From an uncultured Verrucomicrobiae bacterium (GTDB lineage Bacteria; Verrucomicrobiota; Verrucomicrobiia; Limisphaerales; Palsa-1400), in assembly GCA_963702845.1 (NCBI GenBank), contig OY969763.1, positions 96,001-160,000 of the forward strand: a stretch of 64,000 nucleotides of DNA, written 5' to 3'. The notes under the pieces were generated by a model. It worked only from the letters and a program-made list of their open reading frames with translations, searched no databases and was not told where the DNA came from. Position numbers and translations under genes: made by a program. Below are positions 47,558-55,659 of the stretch, one piece after another (position 1 is the stretch's first letter; each line of letters starts with the position of its first letter).

Positions 47558-47569
47558 CTACGAACGATT

Positions 47570-48367
47570 ATGGCACTGAAGTTTAAGTTTAATTCCAAAA
47601 CCGAAATTCCGGCTGAGTTGGCTGCACATTATGTCGAGCGCGATGGCGCTTGGGTTTTGGACGCTGACGGCGATGCCGACAAGGTGTTAGCACACGGCCA
47701 CGATGCCCTCAAAGCCCGGCTGGATGAGTTTCGCAGCACAAACGTCACGCTGCTCAAACAGTTGGATGATCAGAAGAAACGTTTCGAGGGAATTGATCCC
47801 GACGAATTTCGCAAGCTCGCGGATGAAAAACGTCAGCTCGAAGAATCGCAACAACTGAAGGCGGGCGAGTTGGAGAAGGTGGTTGAGAATCGTGTGAAGG
47901 GTTTAAAGGCGGATTGGGACAAGCAACTTACCACGCTGACGTCGGAGCGCGATTCGCTGAACGGCCGGCTCACCGCGATTCAGATCGATCAAGGTGTGGT
48001 CGGTGCTGCGACGAAGCGGGGGCTTCGTGCGACTGCACTTACGGATATTACCTCGCGTGCGCGAAATGTTTTCAAGTTGGTCAATGGCGCGCCGCGCGCG
48101 TTTGAAGCCGATGGCGAGACGGTGCGTTACGGCAAGGATGGCGTGACGCCAATGACTTTGGAGGAGTGGGTGGATACGCAAGTGTCCGAAGCTCCTCACT
48201 TGTTTGAATCTAACGCTGGTGGCGGTGCTGCCGGCAACGGCTCCGGTGGAGCTGGTAATCGGTCCGTGAAAAACCCGTACCGCAAGGAGACGTGGAATCT
48301 CACGGAGCAAATGCACTTACAAAAAACTGATCCGAATCTCGCAGCGCGCCTCAAAGCCGCTGCGTGA
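47570..48367 (+). CDS. Capsid scaffolding protein
   Basis: Coiled coil, PHLF..NAGGG, KNPY...WNLTEQ tail; between portal and capsid. Confidence 0.78.
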   Translation: MALKFKFNSKTEIPAELAAHYVERDGAWVLDADGDADKVLAHGHDALKARLDEFRSTNVTLLKQLDDQKKRFEGIDPDEFRKLADEKRQLEESQQLKAGELEKVVENRVKGLKADWDKQLTTLTSERDSLNGRLTAIQIDQGVVGAATKRGLRATALTDITSRARNVFKLVNGAPRAFEADGETVRYGKDGVTPMTLEEWVDTQVSEAPHLFESNAGGGAAGNGSGGAGNRSVKNPYRKETWNLTEQMHLQKTDPNLAARLKAAA

Positions 48368-48424
48368 AACAGGTCAATCCTCCTTCGCTAAAGCTATGGA
48401 GGATAAACCGGAGAAATAACGTTT

Positions 48425-49435
48425 ATGGCAAAGACAGCAGTGGCGGACATTATCATCCCCACAGAGTTTGAAAAATATGCGATCGAGCGCACCGCTGAAT
48501 TAGCGGCGTTCGGTGAGTGCGGCATTGTCGAGGCATCGCCTGAGTTCGATGCCATCGCTGCCGAAGGTGGACGCGAAGTTAAAATGCCGTTTTGGAAGGA
48601 CCTTTCCGCGACGCGTCAGCTTCTGAGCGATTCGGCAACGCTCGCCGTCAATAAAATCGGCACTGATCAGGATGTCGCGCGTATTCACAATGACGCGCAG
48701 GTCTGGTCTGTGAATCACCTGGCGAAAGTGATTTCAGGCGATGATCCGATGCAGGCGATTGTGGATCTGGTCGCGCAGTATTGGGCGCGCACGGATGAAG
48801 GTCTGGTCGTGTCGTGCCTCAAGGGTATGTTCGCGGCGGGTTCGATGGCGGGTAATCTTCTCGCGATTCATTCGGAGTCGGCGGCTGGCGCTGCTTCGTC
48901 GACGAAATTGACTGGTGCGACGTTCGTGGATGCTTGCGCGAAGTTGGGCGATCGTGCTGACCGGCTCACTGCCGTTGCGATGCACTCGGCGACTGAAGCC
49001 GCGTTGCGAAAGCTCGACCTGATCGACTTCATTCCTGACAGCCAGGGCAAGCCGCTCTTGCGCGTGTTCCAAGGTCGGCGCGTGGTTGTCGATGACAACT
49101 TGCCGACTCGGGCTGGCACGACTGATGGCACGGTCTACACGACGTATCTGTTCGGACAGGGTGCGTTTGCGAAAGGTTCGTCGAAACTCGATTCCACTCC
49201 GCTGCAAGGCGGTATGGGGACTGAAGGTGTCGAGATCGCACGCGTGCCCTTGGATAGCGATACGATTCTGATCAATCGTCGCCGCTATTTGCTGCATCCG
49301 CGGGGCGTGAAGTTTACCAGCGCTTCTGTTGCTGGCGATTCGCCCACGAATGCGGAATTGGAAACCGGCGCGAACTGGACCCGCGTTTGGGAAAACAAAA
49401 ACGTTCGCATCGTTGCGGTGACTCACAACAATTAA
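48425..49435 (+). CDS. Major capsid protein, SPP1-like HK97 fold
   Basis: T.VADIIIP..F..Y, MPFWKDL, SGDDPMQAI, AMHS, GRRVVVDD, LHPRG, PTNAEL..G.NW.RV.E.KN. Confidence 0.9.
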   Translation: MAKTAVADIIIPTEFEKYAIERTAELAAFGECGIVEASPEFDAIAAEGGREVKMPFWKDLSATRQLLSDSATLAVNKIGTDQDVARIHNDAQVWSVNHLAKVISGDDPMQAIVDLVAQYWARTDEGLVVSCLKGMFAAGSMAGNLLAIHSESAAGAASSTKLTGATFVDACAKLGDRADRLTAVAMHSATEAALRKLDLIDFIPDSQGKPLLRVFQGRRVVVDDNLPTRAGTTDGTVYTTYLFGQGAFAKGSSKLDSTPLQGGMGTEGVEIARVPLDSDTILINRRRYLLHPRGVKFTSASVAGDSPTNAELETGANWTRVWENKNVRIVAVTHNN

Positions 49436-49441
49436 CAAACC

Positions 49442-49492
49442 GGGCGCCGACCCCGCACACCGAACGGTGTCGGGGTGGCGCTCCCCCTCTTA
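49442..49492 (+). terminator. Stem-loop after capsid gene
   Basis: GGCGCCGACCCCG...CACCG-AA-CGGTG...CGGGGTGGCGC; weak T tail. Confidence 0.55.
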
Positions 49493-49506
49493 AGAAAGGA
49501 AATTTT

Positions 49507-49734
49507 ATGGGCAAGCTGATTCCCTGGGGTTCTGAAAAAATTCGGTCGGGTGAGGTCATTCAGATCCCGACGTTCACAAATGTTGCTGCTGCGAACGCTG
49601 CTGGCATTACTGCGGCAAAGTTTCCGCGACGCATTATTTATTTGAGCGCTGGCGGAACTGGTTCTGTGGCGTGCCTCGCAATTTCCGACGGCACGAATTG
49701 GAAACAAGTCGCCATTGGAGCGAACGCCATATGA
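49507..49734 (+). CDS. Small virion protein, head-decoration-like
   Basis: AAAGGA RBS; LAISDGTNWKQV motif; follows capsid gene. Confidence 0.65.
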   Translation: MGKLIPWGSEKIRSGEVIQIPTFTNVAAANAAGITAAKFPRRIIYLSAGGTGSVACLAISDGTNWKQVAIGANAI

Positions 49735-49916
49735 ACCCGGCTCGTGACCAATTGTATCCGATCATCCGGCGCGTGCGACGGCCGCTGATTCCCACTGATG
49801 CCGGCACGGCTGCTCCTGCGGTCGTGCCGGCGAAAACGCCTGAGCCTGTCTCGCCTACGCAACCGTCAAAACCTGAAACAACAACAGATGCCCCGCCGAC
49901 GACCTCAGATGACTGA
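49731..49916 (+). CDS. Small Pro/Thr-rich protein
   Basis: ATGA-coupled to previous gene. Confidence 0.55.
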   Translation: MNPARDQLYPIIRRVRRPLIPTDAGTAAPAVVPAKTPEPVSPTQPSKPETTTDAPPTTSDD

Positions 49917-50664
49917 TGCGCTTCCAGTTTCGGCAAATGCCGCCGCGTGGTTTGCGATGCAGCAGCAGCGCCGTCGACGTCGCAATTCTTTGGCAGCTGG
50001 CGGACCAGCGCTGGCGAATGTGCCGGGTGATTGCGTGTTGCGTTTGAAAGCGAGCACACTGGATTTGGGTGATGATGATTCGATTGCGTTCTGGCCTGAT
50101 CTGAGCGGCAACGCAAATGACGTTTCGCAAATCACGGTTTCGCAACAGCCGACATTTCAGACAGTGACGTTCGCCGGGAAGACGTTTGCTGTTGCGCGTT
50201 TCGATACTGTCGATGATGGGATGGAGACGCCGGTCGTGATTTCTGGTGCGTTTTCGATTTTCACGTTGTGGAGGTTGGCCGATGCCGATGTGTTTAGCGG
50301 CGCGATTCTGTCGTCCGCTTCAGCCGACTGGACCGTGGGCAATATCAATGGGCAGATGCTTTGTTACTTCGAAGGATGGAGCGCAGCCGCATCTGTCAAT
50401 GATTCGGATTTTTATCTGGTGGAGGCACGCGTGGTTCCTGGGAGCAGCCCGCTCAATATTTATTTGAACGGCGTGCAGGTTGGGATGAGTGGCGGCGGCT
50501 CGGCGGTGCCGTATCAGGTGATGTTGGGAGCTTCGGGCAGTAACGGTTATCCGGGCAATTGCGATTGTGCGGAGATTCTTATTTACGATCGTTTTCTCTC
50601 GGACGATGAGGCGGCCGGCGTGCGCGCCTATTTCCAGGAGGAATACAACTACTTGAAGTTATGA
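49909..50664 (+). CDS. LamG/ConA-like domain virion protein
   Basis: W.DLSGNAND..Q.....PT, FDTVDD, IYLNGVQ, AEILIYDR.LSD.E. Confidence 0.7.
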   Translation: MTDALPVSANAAAWFAMQQQRRRRRNSLAAGGPALANVPGDCVLRLKASTLDLGDDDSIAFWPDLSGNANDVSQITVSQQPTFQTVTFAGKTFAVARFDTVDDGMETPVVISGAFSIFTLWRLADADVFSGAILSSASADWTVGNINGQMLCYFEGWSAAASVNDSDFYLVEARVVPGSSPLNIYLNGVQVGMSGGGSAVPYQVMLGASGSNGYPGNCDCAEILIYDRFLSDDEAAGVRAYFQEEYNYLKL

Positions 50665-50978
50665 GCGTGCGCTATCTCGTCATTATTCCCGCTGCGGATC
50701 AGTCGCAAGCAAATGCTCTGTCGAAATCAGAATTTGATTCTGATGGCGGTGAGAAAACTTTTTCGATTGGGTTGTCAGAAACGGGCAAACCTCCGGCTAC
50801 GCATTATTGGTGCTCGGCTTTGTTCTTTCGCACCGGTCCTGAACGTTTGCTTGCAGCTAAAGCGATTTTTCCTGACGCCGTCGTTGTGGACTACGACGGC
50901 GCAACGGATCCCGGGTTTCCGCAACGCACGATTGCGGAGCTCGGACTGAAACAAGTTGTGACTCTGCCGGATAGATAA
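50661..50978 (+). CDS. Hypothetical phage protein
   Basis: ATGA-coupled; TFSIGLS.TG..PATHYWC. Confidence 0.7.
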   Translation: MSVRYLVIIPAADQSQANALSKSEFDSDGGEKTFSIGLSETGKPPATHYWCSALFFRTGPERLLAAKAIFPDAVVVDYDGATDPGFPQRTIAELGLKQVVTLPDR

Positions 50979-50979
50979 T

Positions 50980-51564
50980 ATGGCGCTCGTTCTCGTCAAA
51001 GAAGATGGCACTGGATTGGCGAATGCGAATTCTTACGCGAGCGCTGCTGATGGTGACGCGTACCACGATGCGCATTTGTATGCAACGTCTTGGACGAGTG
51101 CGACGACGGCCAATAAGGAGAAGGCGCTGGTGTTCGCGACGCGGGTCATTGATTCGCAGTATCGGTTCCATGGAGTTCGCGCGGTCGCCGTGCAAGCGTT
51201 GCAGTGGCCGCGGTCCGATTGTCCCGATCCGGACGCTGCGCCGGATTCCAGTGGAATCGCGGTGTTTGCGAGCAATCAGGTTCCAACCGCTTTGATTAAC
51301 GCGACGTGCGAAATGGCGCGCGCCTTGTTGGCAGCAGATCGAACGGGTGCACCAGCTGGCGAGGGAATTGATACGACCCAGACGTCGGCCTCGAGCGCGA
51401 GTAAGGACGGAACTACGTCGAGCAGCGTCAGCAATAGTTCAATGATGCGATACAGCAAGGTGGATACGCGCCCGACCGTTTCGCAGGCGGCACAAGCGTT
51501 TCTGGCCAAGCTGGGCGATCTACCGGGTCGAGCGAGTGGCGCTGTTCAGCTGGTAAGAGTGTGA
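50980..51564 (+). CDS. Head-tail adaptor-like protein (DnaT_2-like family)
   Basis: VKEDGTG.ANANSY....D.Y, ALVFAT..ID, QALQWPR. Confidence 0.75.
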   Translation: MALVLVKEDGTGLANANSYASAADGDAYHDAHLYATSWTSATTANKEKALVFATRVIDSQYRFHGVRAVAVQALQWPRSDCPDPDAAPDSSGIAVFASNQVPTALINATCEMARALLAADRTGAPAGEGIDTTQTSASSASKDGTTSSSVSNSSMMRYSKVDTRPTVSQAAQAFLAKLGDLPGRASGAVQLVRV

Positions 51565-51574
51565 AAGGAGTTTT

Positions 51575-51895
51575 GTGACGAACATGAACACAACTGAGTT
51601 TTTGAAAGCGGTTGATCACGCGGCGGCGATGAATGACCGCTGGTTATTTTTGGCGGCGTTTTGCCTGCTGCTGTTGCTGTGCGGTGTGGTGATTTATTGG
51701 CTCGTGCGACAGTTGCAATCCCTGATCGCGGACCACAAGGAACTGCGCCACGAGCATCACGCGGCGCTGCAGGAAATCATCAACACACAAAATGAAACTT
51801 CGCTGAAGCTCGCGGTTTGTCTCGATCGGAACACGGCTGCGTTACAGGAGTGCAGTTTCGAACTTCGCAGATTTCAGGAGCAACGAGTTTTATGA
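51575..51895 (+). CDS. Single-TM coiled-coil protein, holin-like
   Basis: One TM then coiled coil, at end of structural operon. Confidence 0.55.
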   Translation: MTNMNTTEFLKAVDHAAAMNDRWLFLAAFCLLLLLCGVVIYWLVRQLQSLIADHKELRHEHHAALQEIINTQNETSLKLAVCLDRNTAALQECSFELRRFQEQRVL

Positions 51896-52608
51896 AAAAG
51901 ACCATTATCTTATTTGCCGCGCTTGCAATTGTGGGTTGCAGCACAATTAAACCACTTAAGCCGGGCGTCGCGCGCATTCAATCGAATGTCGGGACGAACG
52001 GCATTCGCGAATTCGTCGCCGATTTGAAGCAGCCCGAGAATCCCGCGCAAAGCGCGACTCAGAATTTTGAACGCACGACAGAAACGGAGTTGCCGATCCC
52101 GGCGCAGAGCAGGGTGCAGGAAGTATTCATCACGCCGGCAGCGCAGCCTGGTGAGCAACCGGTGAAGCAGGAAAAGACGATCGTGCTGTCTGCGCCGACC
52201 GTACAAAAAACGCGAATCGTTGAGAAAGCTGGCACGATGATTGGCGCTGCGCAAAAAGACACGGCGCGAGAATTCGGCGCGAAGCTTGCCAGTTTGAAAG
52301 GTGTCGTTTGGGTTGGGCTTGGTTTGTTTCTGTTCGGACTGGCATCTCTATTCTATCCACCTCTGCGCGCAATTATTGGCAGCGTGACAACTAGCTTGGC
52401 GATGCTTGCCGGCGGCGTGTCGCTAATGGTGTTGCCGTCGCTGATCGTCGGGAATGAATTGCTGATTTTAGCTGTCGTGGCGCTCGGTGTCGGTGCTTGG
52501 TTTTTTGCGCATCGCCACGGGCAATTGCGTGGAACAGTGGACGCCCAAAATAAAACGAGTATGGCCGGTGCGGCGGAAGAGACCGTTTCGCGGCTGATGG
52601 CTAAATGA
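51892..52608 (+). CDS. Lipoprotein with C-terminal TM helices
   Basis: MKKTIILFAALAIVGC lipobox; three C-terminal hydrophobic segments. Confidence 0.7.
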   Translation: MKKTIILFAALAIVGCSTIKPLKPGVARIQSNVGTNGIREFVADLKQPENPAQSATQNFERTTETELPIPAQSRVQEVFITPAAQPGEQPVKQEKTIVLSAPTVQKTRIVEKAGTMIGAAQKDTAREFGAKLASLKGVVWVGLGLFLFGLASLFYPPLRAIIGSVTTSLAMLAGGVSLMVLPSLIVGNELLILAVVALGVGAWFFAHRHGQLRGTVDAQNKTSMAGAAEETVSRLMAK

Positions 52609-52617
52609 AAGGTTTTT

Positions 52618-52965
52618 ATGCGAGATGAACAACATCGTTTCCTAATGTTAATGAGGCGACTTCCTGCGCGCCTCGACGTTGAGCAGGCCGGTTGGGTCCT
52701 TGGCTGTCAGAAGCATGACGTTCCGGCTCTCGTGGCCGCGCGTCTGTTGAAACCGCTGGGCAACCCTCCACCCAATGGGATCAAGTTCTTTGCGACCATG
52801 GATATTCTGGAGTTGATGGAAGATAAGGCCTGGCTCGCGAAGATGACGAACACGATCACGCAACATTGGTTTAGAAAAAATGCGCAGAGAAAAACCGGTG
52901 TCGTGAGCGCGCGTCGAAACGGCGCTGCTGGTTTGGACAGCATGGCGCCGGTTTCGAATAACTGA
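52618..52965 (+). CDS. Putative DNA-binding/excisionase-like protein
   Basis: LPARLDVEQAGWVLG...LVAARLLKP, HTH-like; converges on integrase. Confidence 0.55.
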   Translation: MRDEQHRFLMLMRRLPARLDVEQAGWVLGCQKHDVPALVAARLLKPLGNPPPNGIKFFATMDILELMEDKAWLAKMTNTITQHWFRKNAQRKTGVVSARRNGAAGLDSMAPVSNN

Positions 52966-52971
52966 CCGCGT

Positions 52972-54000
52972 TTACTGGTTTACCGCCATTGGGAGTGGAA
53001 CGATTTTCGACTCGTATTCTTCCAGGGATGGAACGATGACCTTTGCCTTCTTAGAGTAAGCGCGCGCAAACGCCTTTGAATTATGTCCGAGGGCCTGCTG
53101 TGCGTAGCGCTCGGGCATTCCGACAACCTTGGCACGTTCCGCCCATGCATAGCGGTAGCTGTGCAACGAAATGCCGCTGCCTTTTAGGGCGACCGTTTTG
53201 AGCCGCTTGATAAACATTTTCGCACGATGGTTCTCTTTGATGCGCGCGAGTCCCGGGAATAAATTGCCGACCTGCGGAAGCGAACGCAGAATGGCCGCTG
53301 CCTCTGGCCCGAAGGTGATTACGACAGGAACTCCCGTTTTGTTGCGTGAAAAAGAGATGGTGCGGTCCTGCCAATCAATGTCCTCGGCTTTCAGTTCGGC
53401 GATATCGGTTTGTGCGCCGCCCAAGTGCCACAACATTTGGTAATAGGCTTTGATCTCGGGGTTGAACTCGCGATTCAAAATTTGTGTGTGTTCGGCGAAC
53501 GTGATGGCACGACGTTCTTTGTGTTTAACGGCCGGCCATTGCAGCTTCGGAAGCACGGGCCAAGGTAGCCAGTGCATGCCGACGGCGAAATTGTGGAGCC
53601 GGCGGAGAAACATATTTGTCGAGGTACCGCCATTGCGGAGCACTTCAAAAAAATGTTCGCCGGTAGTTTCCATCAACTTGCGACTGCGAATCGTGTCGAA
53701 GGCTTTGTCGAGAATCGCGTGCTTCCATCGCTCCTGGGTTGGGCCGGTCTTGAGCGGCGTCATTTGATCCATCACGTGCTGCCATGTGCGCGCCGAGAGT
53801 GCGGAGTCGCTGTGCTTCAAATAAACCTGCGCGATCTGCAGGTTCATCGAGGCGTTGCGGACGGCCTCGTTTTTGATGTCGGTCAGCCGTTGGGCTTCGT
53901 CTGCGTTGTTGGTTTTGAGGCTCTCGCGTTTCTTGGTTTGAGTGTCGAAGCAATAGTAAGCGTCCCGCTTTCCCCGGTAGATTAATCGATAGCGCTTCAT
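52972..54000 (-). CDS. Tyrosine recombinase/integrase, atypical
   Basis: LHSYRY, LGHNSK...Y; adjacent to tRNA att site. Confidence 0.9.
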   Translation of the reverse strand: MKRYRLIYRGKRDAYYCFDTQTKKRESLKTNNADEAQRLTDIKNEAVRNASMNLQIAQVYLKHSDSALSARTWQHVMDQMTPLKTGPTQERWKHAILDKAFDTIRSRKLMETTGEHFFEVLRNGGTSTNMFLRRLHNFAVGMHWLPWPVLPKLQWPAVKHKERRAITFAEHTQILNREFNPEIKAYYQMLWHLGGAQTDIAELKAEDIDWQDRTISFSRNKTGVPVVITFGPEAAAILRSLPQVGNLFPGLARIKENHRAKMFIKRLKTVALKGSGISLHSYRYAWAERAKVVGMPERYAQQALGHNSKAFARAYSKKAKVIVPSLEEYESKIVPLPMAVNQ

Positions 54001-54094
54001 ACGTTTGAATCGTAATGAAGTGCGAACTACTCGCGTCAGAGTGTAGTCGCGGAGCTCCCGTGAATTTCCACGCTTAGTAATTATCTAAGCAGCG

Positions 54095-54114
54095 TGGTGT
54101 CCATTTTGGTGTCC
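54095..54114 (+). promoter_or_regulatory. Integrase arm-type repeats, right end
   Basis: TGGTGTCC at 54095 and 54107, same motif and 12-bp spacing as left end. Confidence 0.75.
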
Positions 54115-54162
54115 GCTCCGGCTCTCTTCTCCTCAAGTCCTTGTGTTCCAACACTCGGAGAA

Positions 54163-54238
54163 TGGAGCCAGTTGCCGGACTTGAACCGGCGACCCACGCT
54201 TTACGAAAGCGTTGCTCTACCAACTGAGCTAAACTGGC
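54163..54238 (-). tRNA. tRNA-Thr(CGT)
   Basis: GCCAGTTTAGCTCAGTTGGTAGAGCAACGCTTTCGTAAAGCGTGGGTCGCCGGTTCAAGTCCGGCAACTGGCTCCA; 76 nt cloverleaf, CCA end. Confidence 0.97.
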
Positions 54239-54571
54239 GTCCCGAAAGGCACGACAAGGTAAAACCGCTCTCAGACCGTCGCAAGACAAAAGTCAGGACC
54301 CAGCCTTTGGACGTACGTTTCGTCCTTGCGCTCACACCGAAGTGAGCGGTGATTGATGTTGGGTCGTAGTTTTACTGAGCACTGCCCGAGGCCGGTTATT
54401 AAAGCCGCCGCCTGGTATGGCCAGTGCCCGTTGCAGAAATGAAAGCGTTCGAATCGTGCAAGCGAGTCCAGAGCAGTTGTTTCAGGCAAATCCCGAAACA
54501 TCCGTAGGGACTTACTCGCCTTGTCGGTATCGCAACAAAAAGCCACTATCGATGAAACCAAGATTTGTGGG

Positions 54572-55612
54572 ATGAAACAGTTAATCAAAACTAAGGGAAT
54601 ACAGACGAAGCCAACCGACAACCGCGGGAGAAGCCCAAGTGCGCAGCCTCTGCGTATCGCAACTCCGGAAAGAACGGTGGCGAAAGAACATAAGGATGAG
54701 TTTGAGGGTGGTCGGCTGAAACCTGAGGTGCCGCGCGATCGGAATGCTGCAACGGACGTGCCCCTTCCCGCTCCAGAACGAGGTTCTTACGATGGCGACA
54801 CGGCCATTAAACTGTACCTGCGTGAAATCGGGCAGGTAAAACTCCTCACGCCCCAGGAAGAAATTGAATTAGCGGCCCGCATCAAGAAGGGCGACAAAAG
54901 AGCGCGCGAGCAGATGATCAAGGCGAACCTGCGCCTCGTCGTAAAGATCGCGCACGATTACGAAAATTTCGGATTGCCGCTGTTGGACCTGATCAACGAG
55001 GGGAACATCGGCTTGATGAAGGCGGTGGAGCGGTTCGACCCTTCCAAAGGCGGCAAGCTTTCGACTTACGGTTCGTGGTGGATCAAGCAATCGATCAAGC
55101 GCGCGTTGGCCAATCAGTCGAAGACCATTCGCTTGCCCGTGCACCTGGTCGACAAGATTTCGAAGATGCGCCGCACCGCGATGAAGTTGCAGGAAGTTTT
55201 TGGGCGCGAGCCAACTGATGAAGAGTTGGCGGAAGAGCTGGGAATGTCCGCCCAGCGCGTCACGCAAATGCGCACGGCGGCAATCCGGCCAGCCTCTTTG
55301 GATGCGCCGATTGGCGATGATGAATCGAACAATTTCGCCGAAGTCGTCGAAGATGAGAACGCCGACACACCTTACGAAACTCTCGAGGACAAAACCGTCA
55401 CGAGAATGTTGCAGGAGATGGTCAAGACGCTCGACGACCGCGAGGCGACAATTTTGAAGTATCGTTTTGGGCTCGATGGCGGTTCTGAAAAAACGCTTGA
55501 AGAGGTCGGTGAAAAATTCGGCGTCACCCGCGAGCGCGTCCGGCAAATCCAAAACATCGCGCTGAACAAGCTTCGCAAAATGATCGAGAAGCTCGAAGCT
55601 GTGAAGAGGTAA
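54572..55612 (+). CDS. RpoD/SigA-family sigma-70 factor
   Basis: YLREIG, ANLRLVV, DLINEGNIGLMKAVERFD, TIRLPVH, TRERVRQI; start uncertain. Confidence 0.93.
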   Translation: MKQLIKTKGIQTKPTDNRGRSPSAQPLRIATPERTVAKEHKDEFEGGRLKPEVPRDRNAATDVPLPAPERGSYDGDTAIKLYLREIGQVKLLTPQEEIELAARIKKGDKRAREQMIKANLRLVVKIAHDYENFGLPLLDLINEGNIGLMKAVERFDPSKGGKLSTYGSWWIKQSIKRALANQSKTIRLPVHLVDKISKMRRTAMKLQEVFGREPTDEELAEELGMSAQRVTQMRTAAIRPASLDAPIGDDESNNFAEVVEDENADTPYETLEDKTVTRMLQEMVKTLDDREATILKYRFGLDGGSEKTLEEVGEKFGVTRERVRQIQNIALNKLRKMIEKLEAVKR

Positions 55613-55659
55613 GCGAATCAGATCGCGGATATATCCTGCTCAATTACGTTGCAGGACGT

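Larger units (their letters stand above)
5528..54183. mobile_element. tRNA-Thr-integrated prophage-like element with defence island (~48.6 kb)
   Basis: 21-bp terminal direct repeats, integrase at each end, shared TGGTGTCC arm-type repeats inside both ends, phage head and replication genes. Confidence 0.9.
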
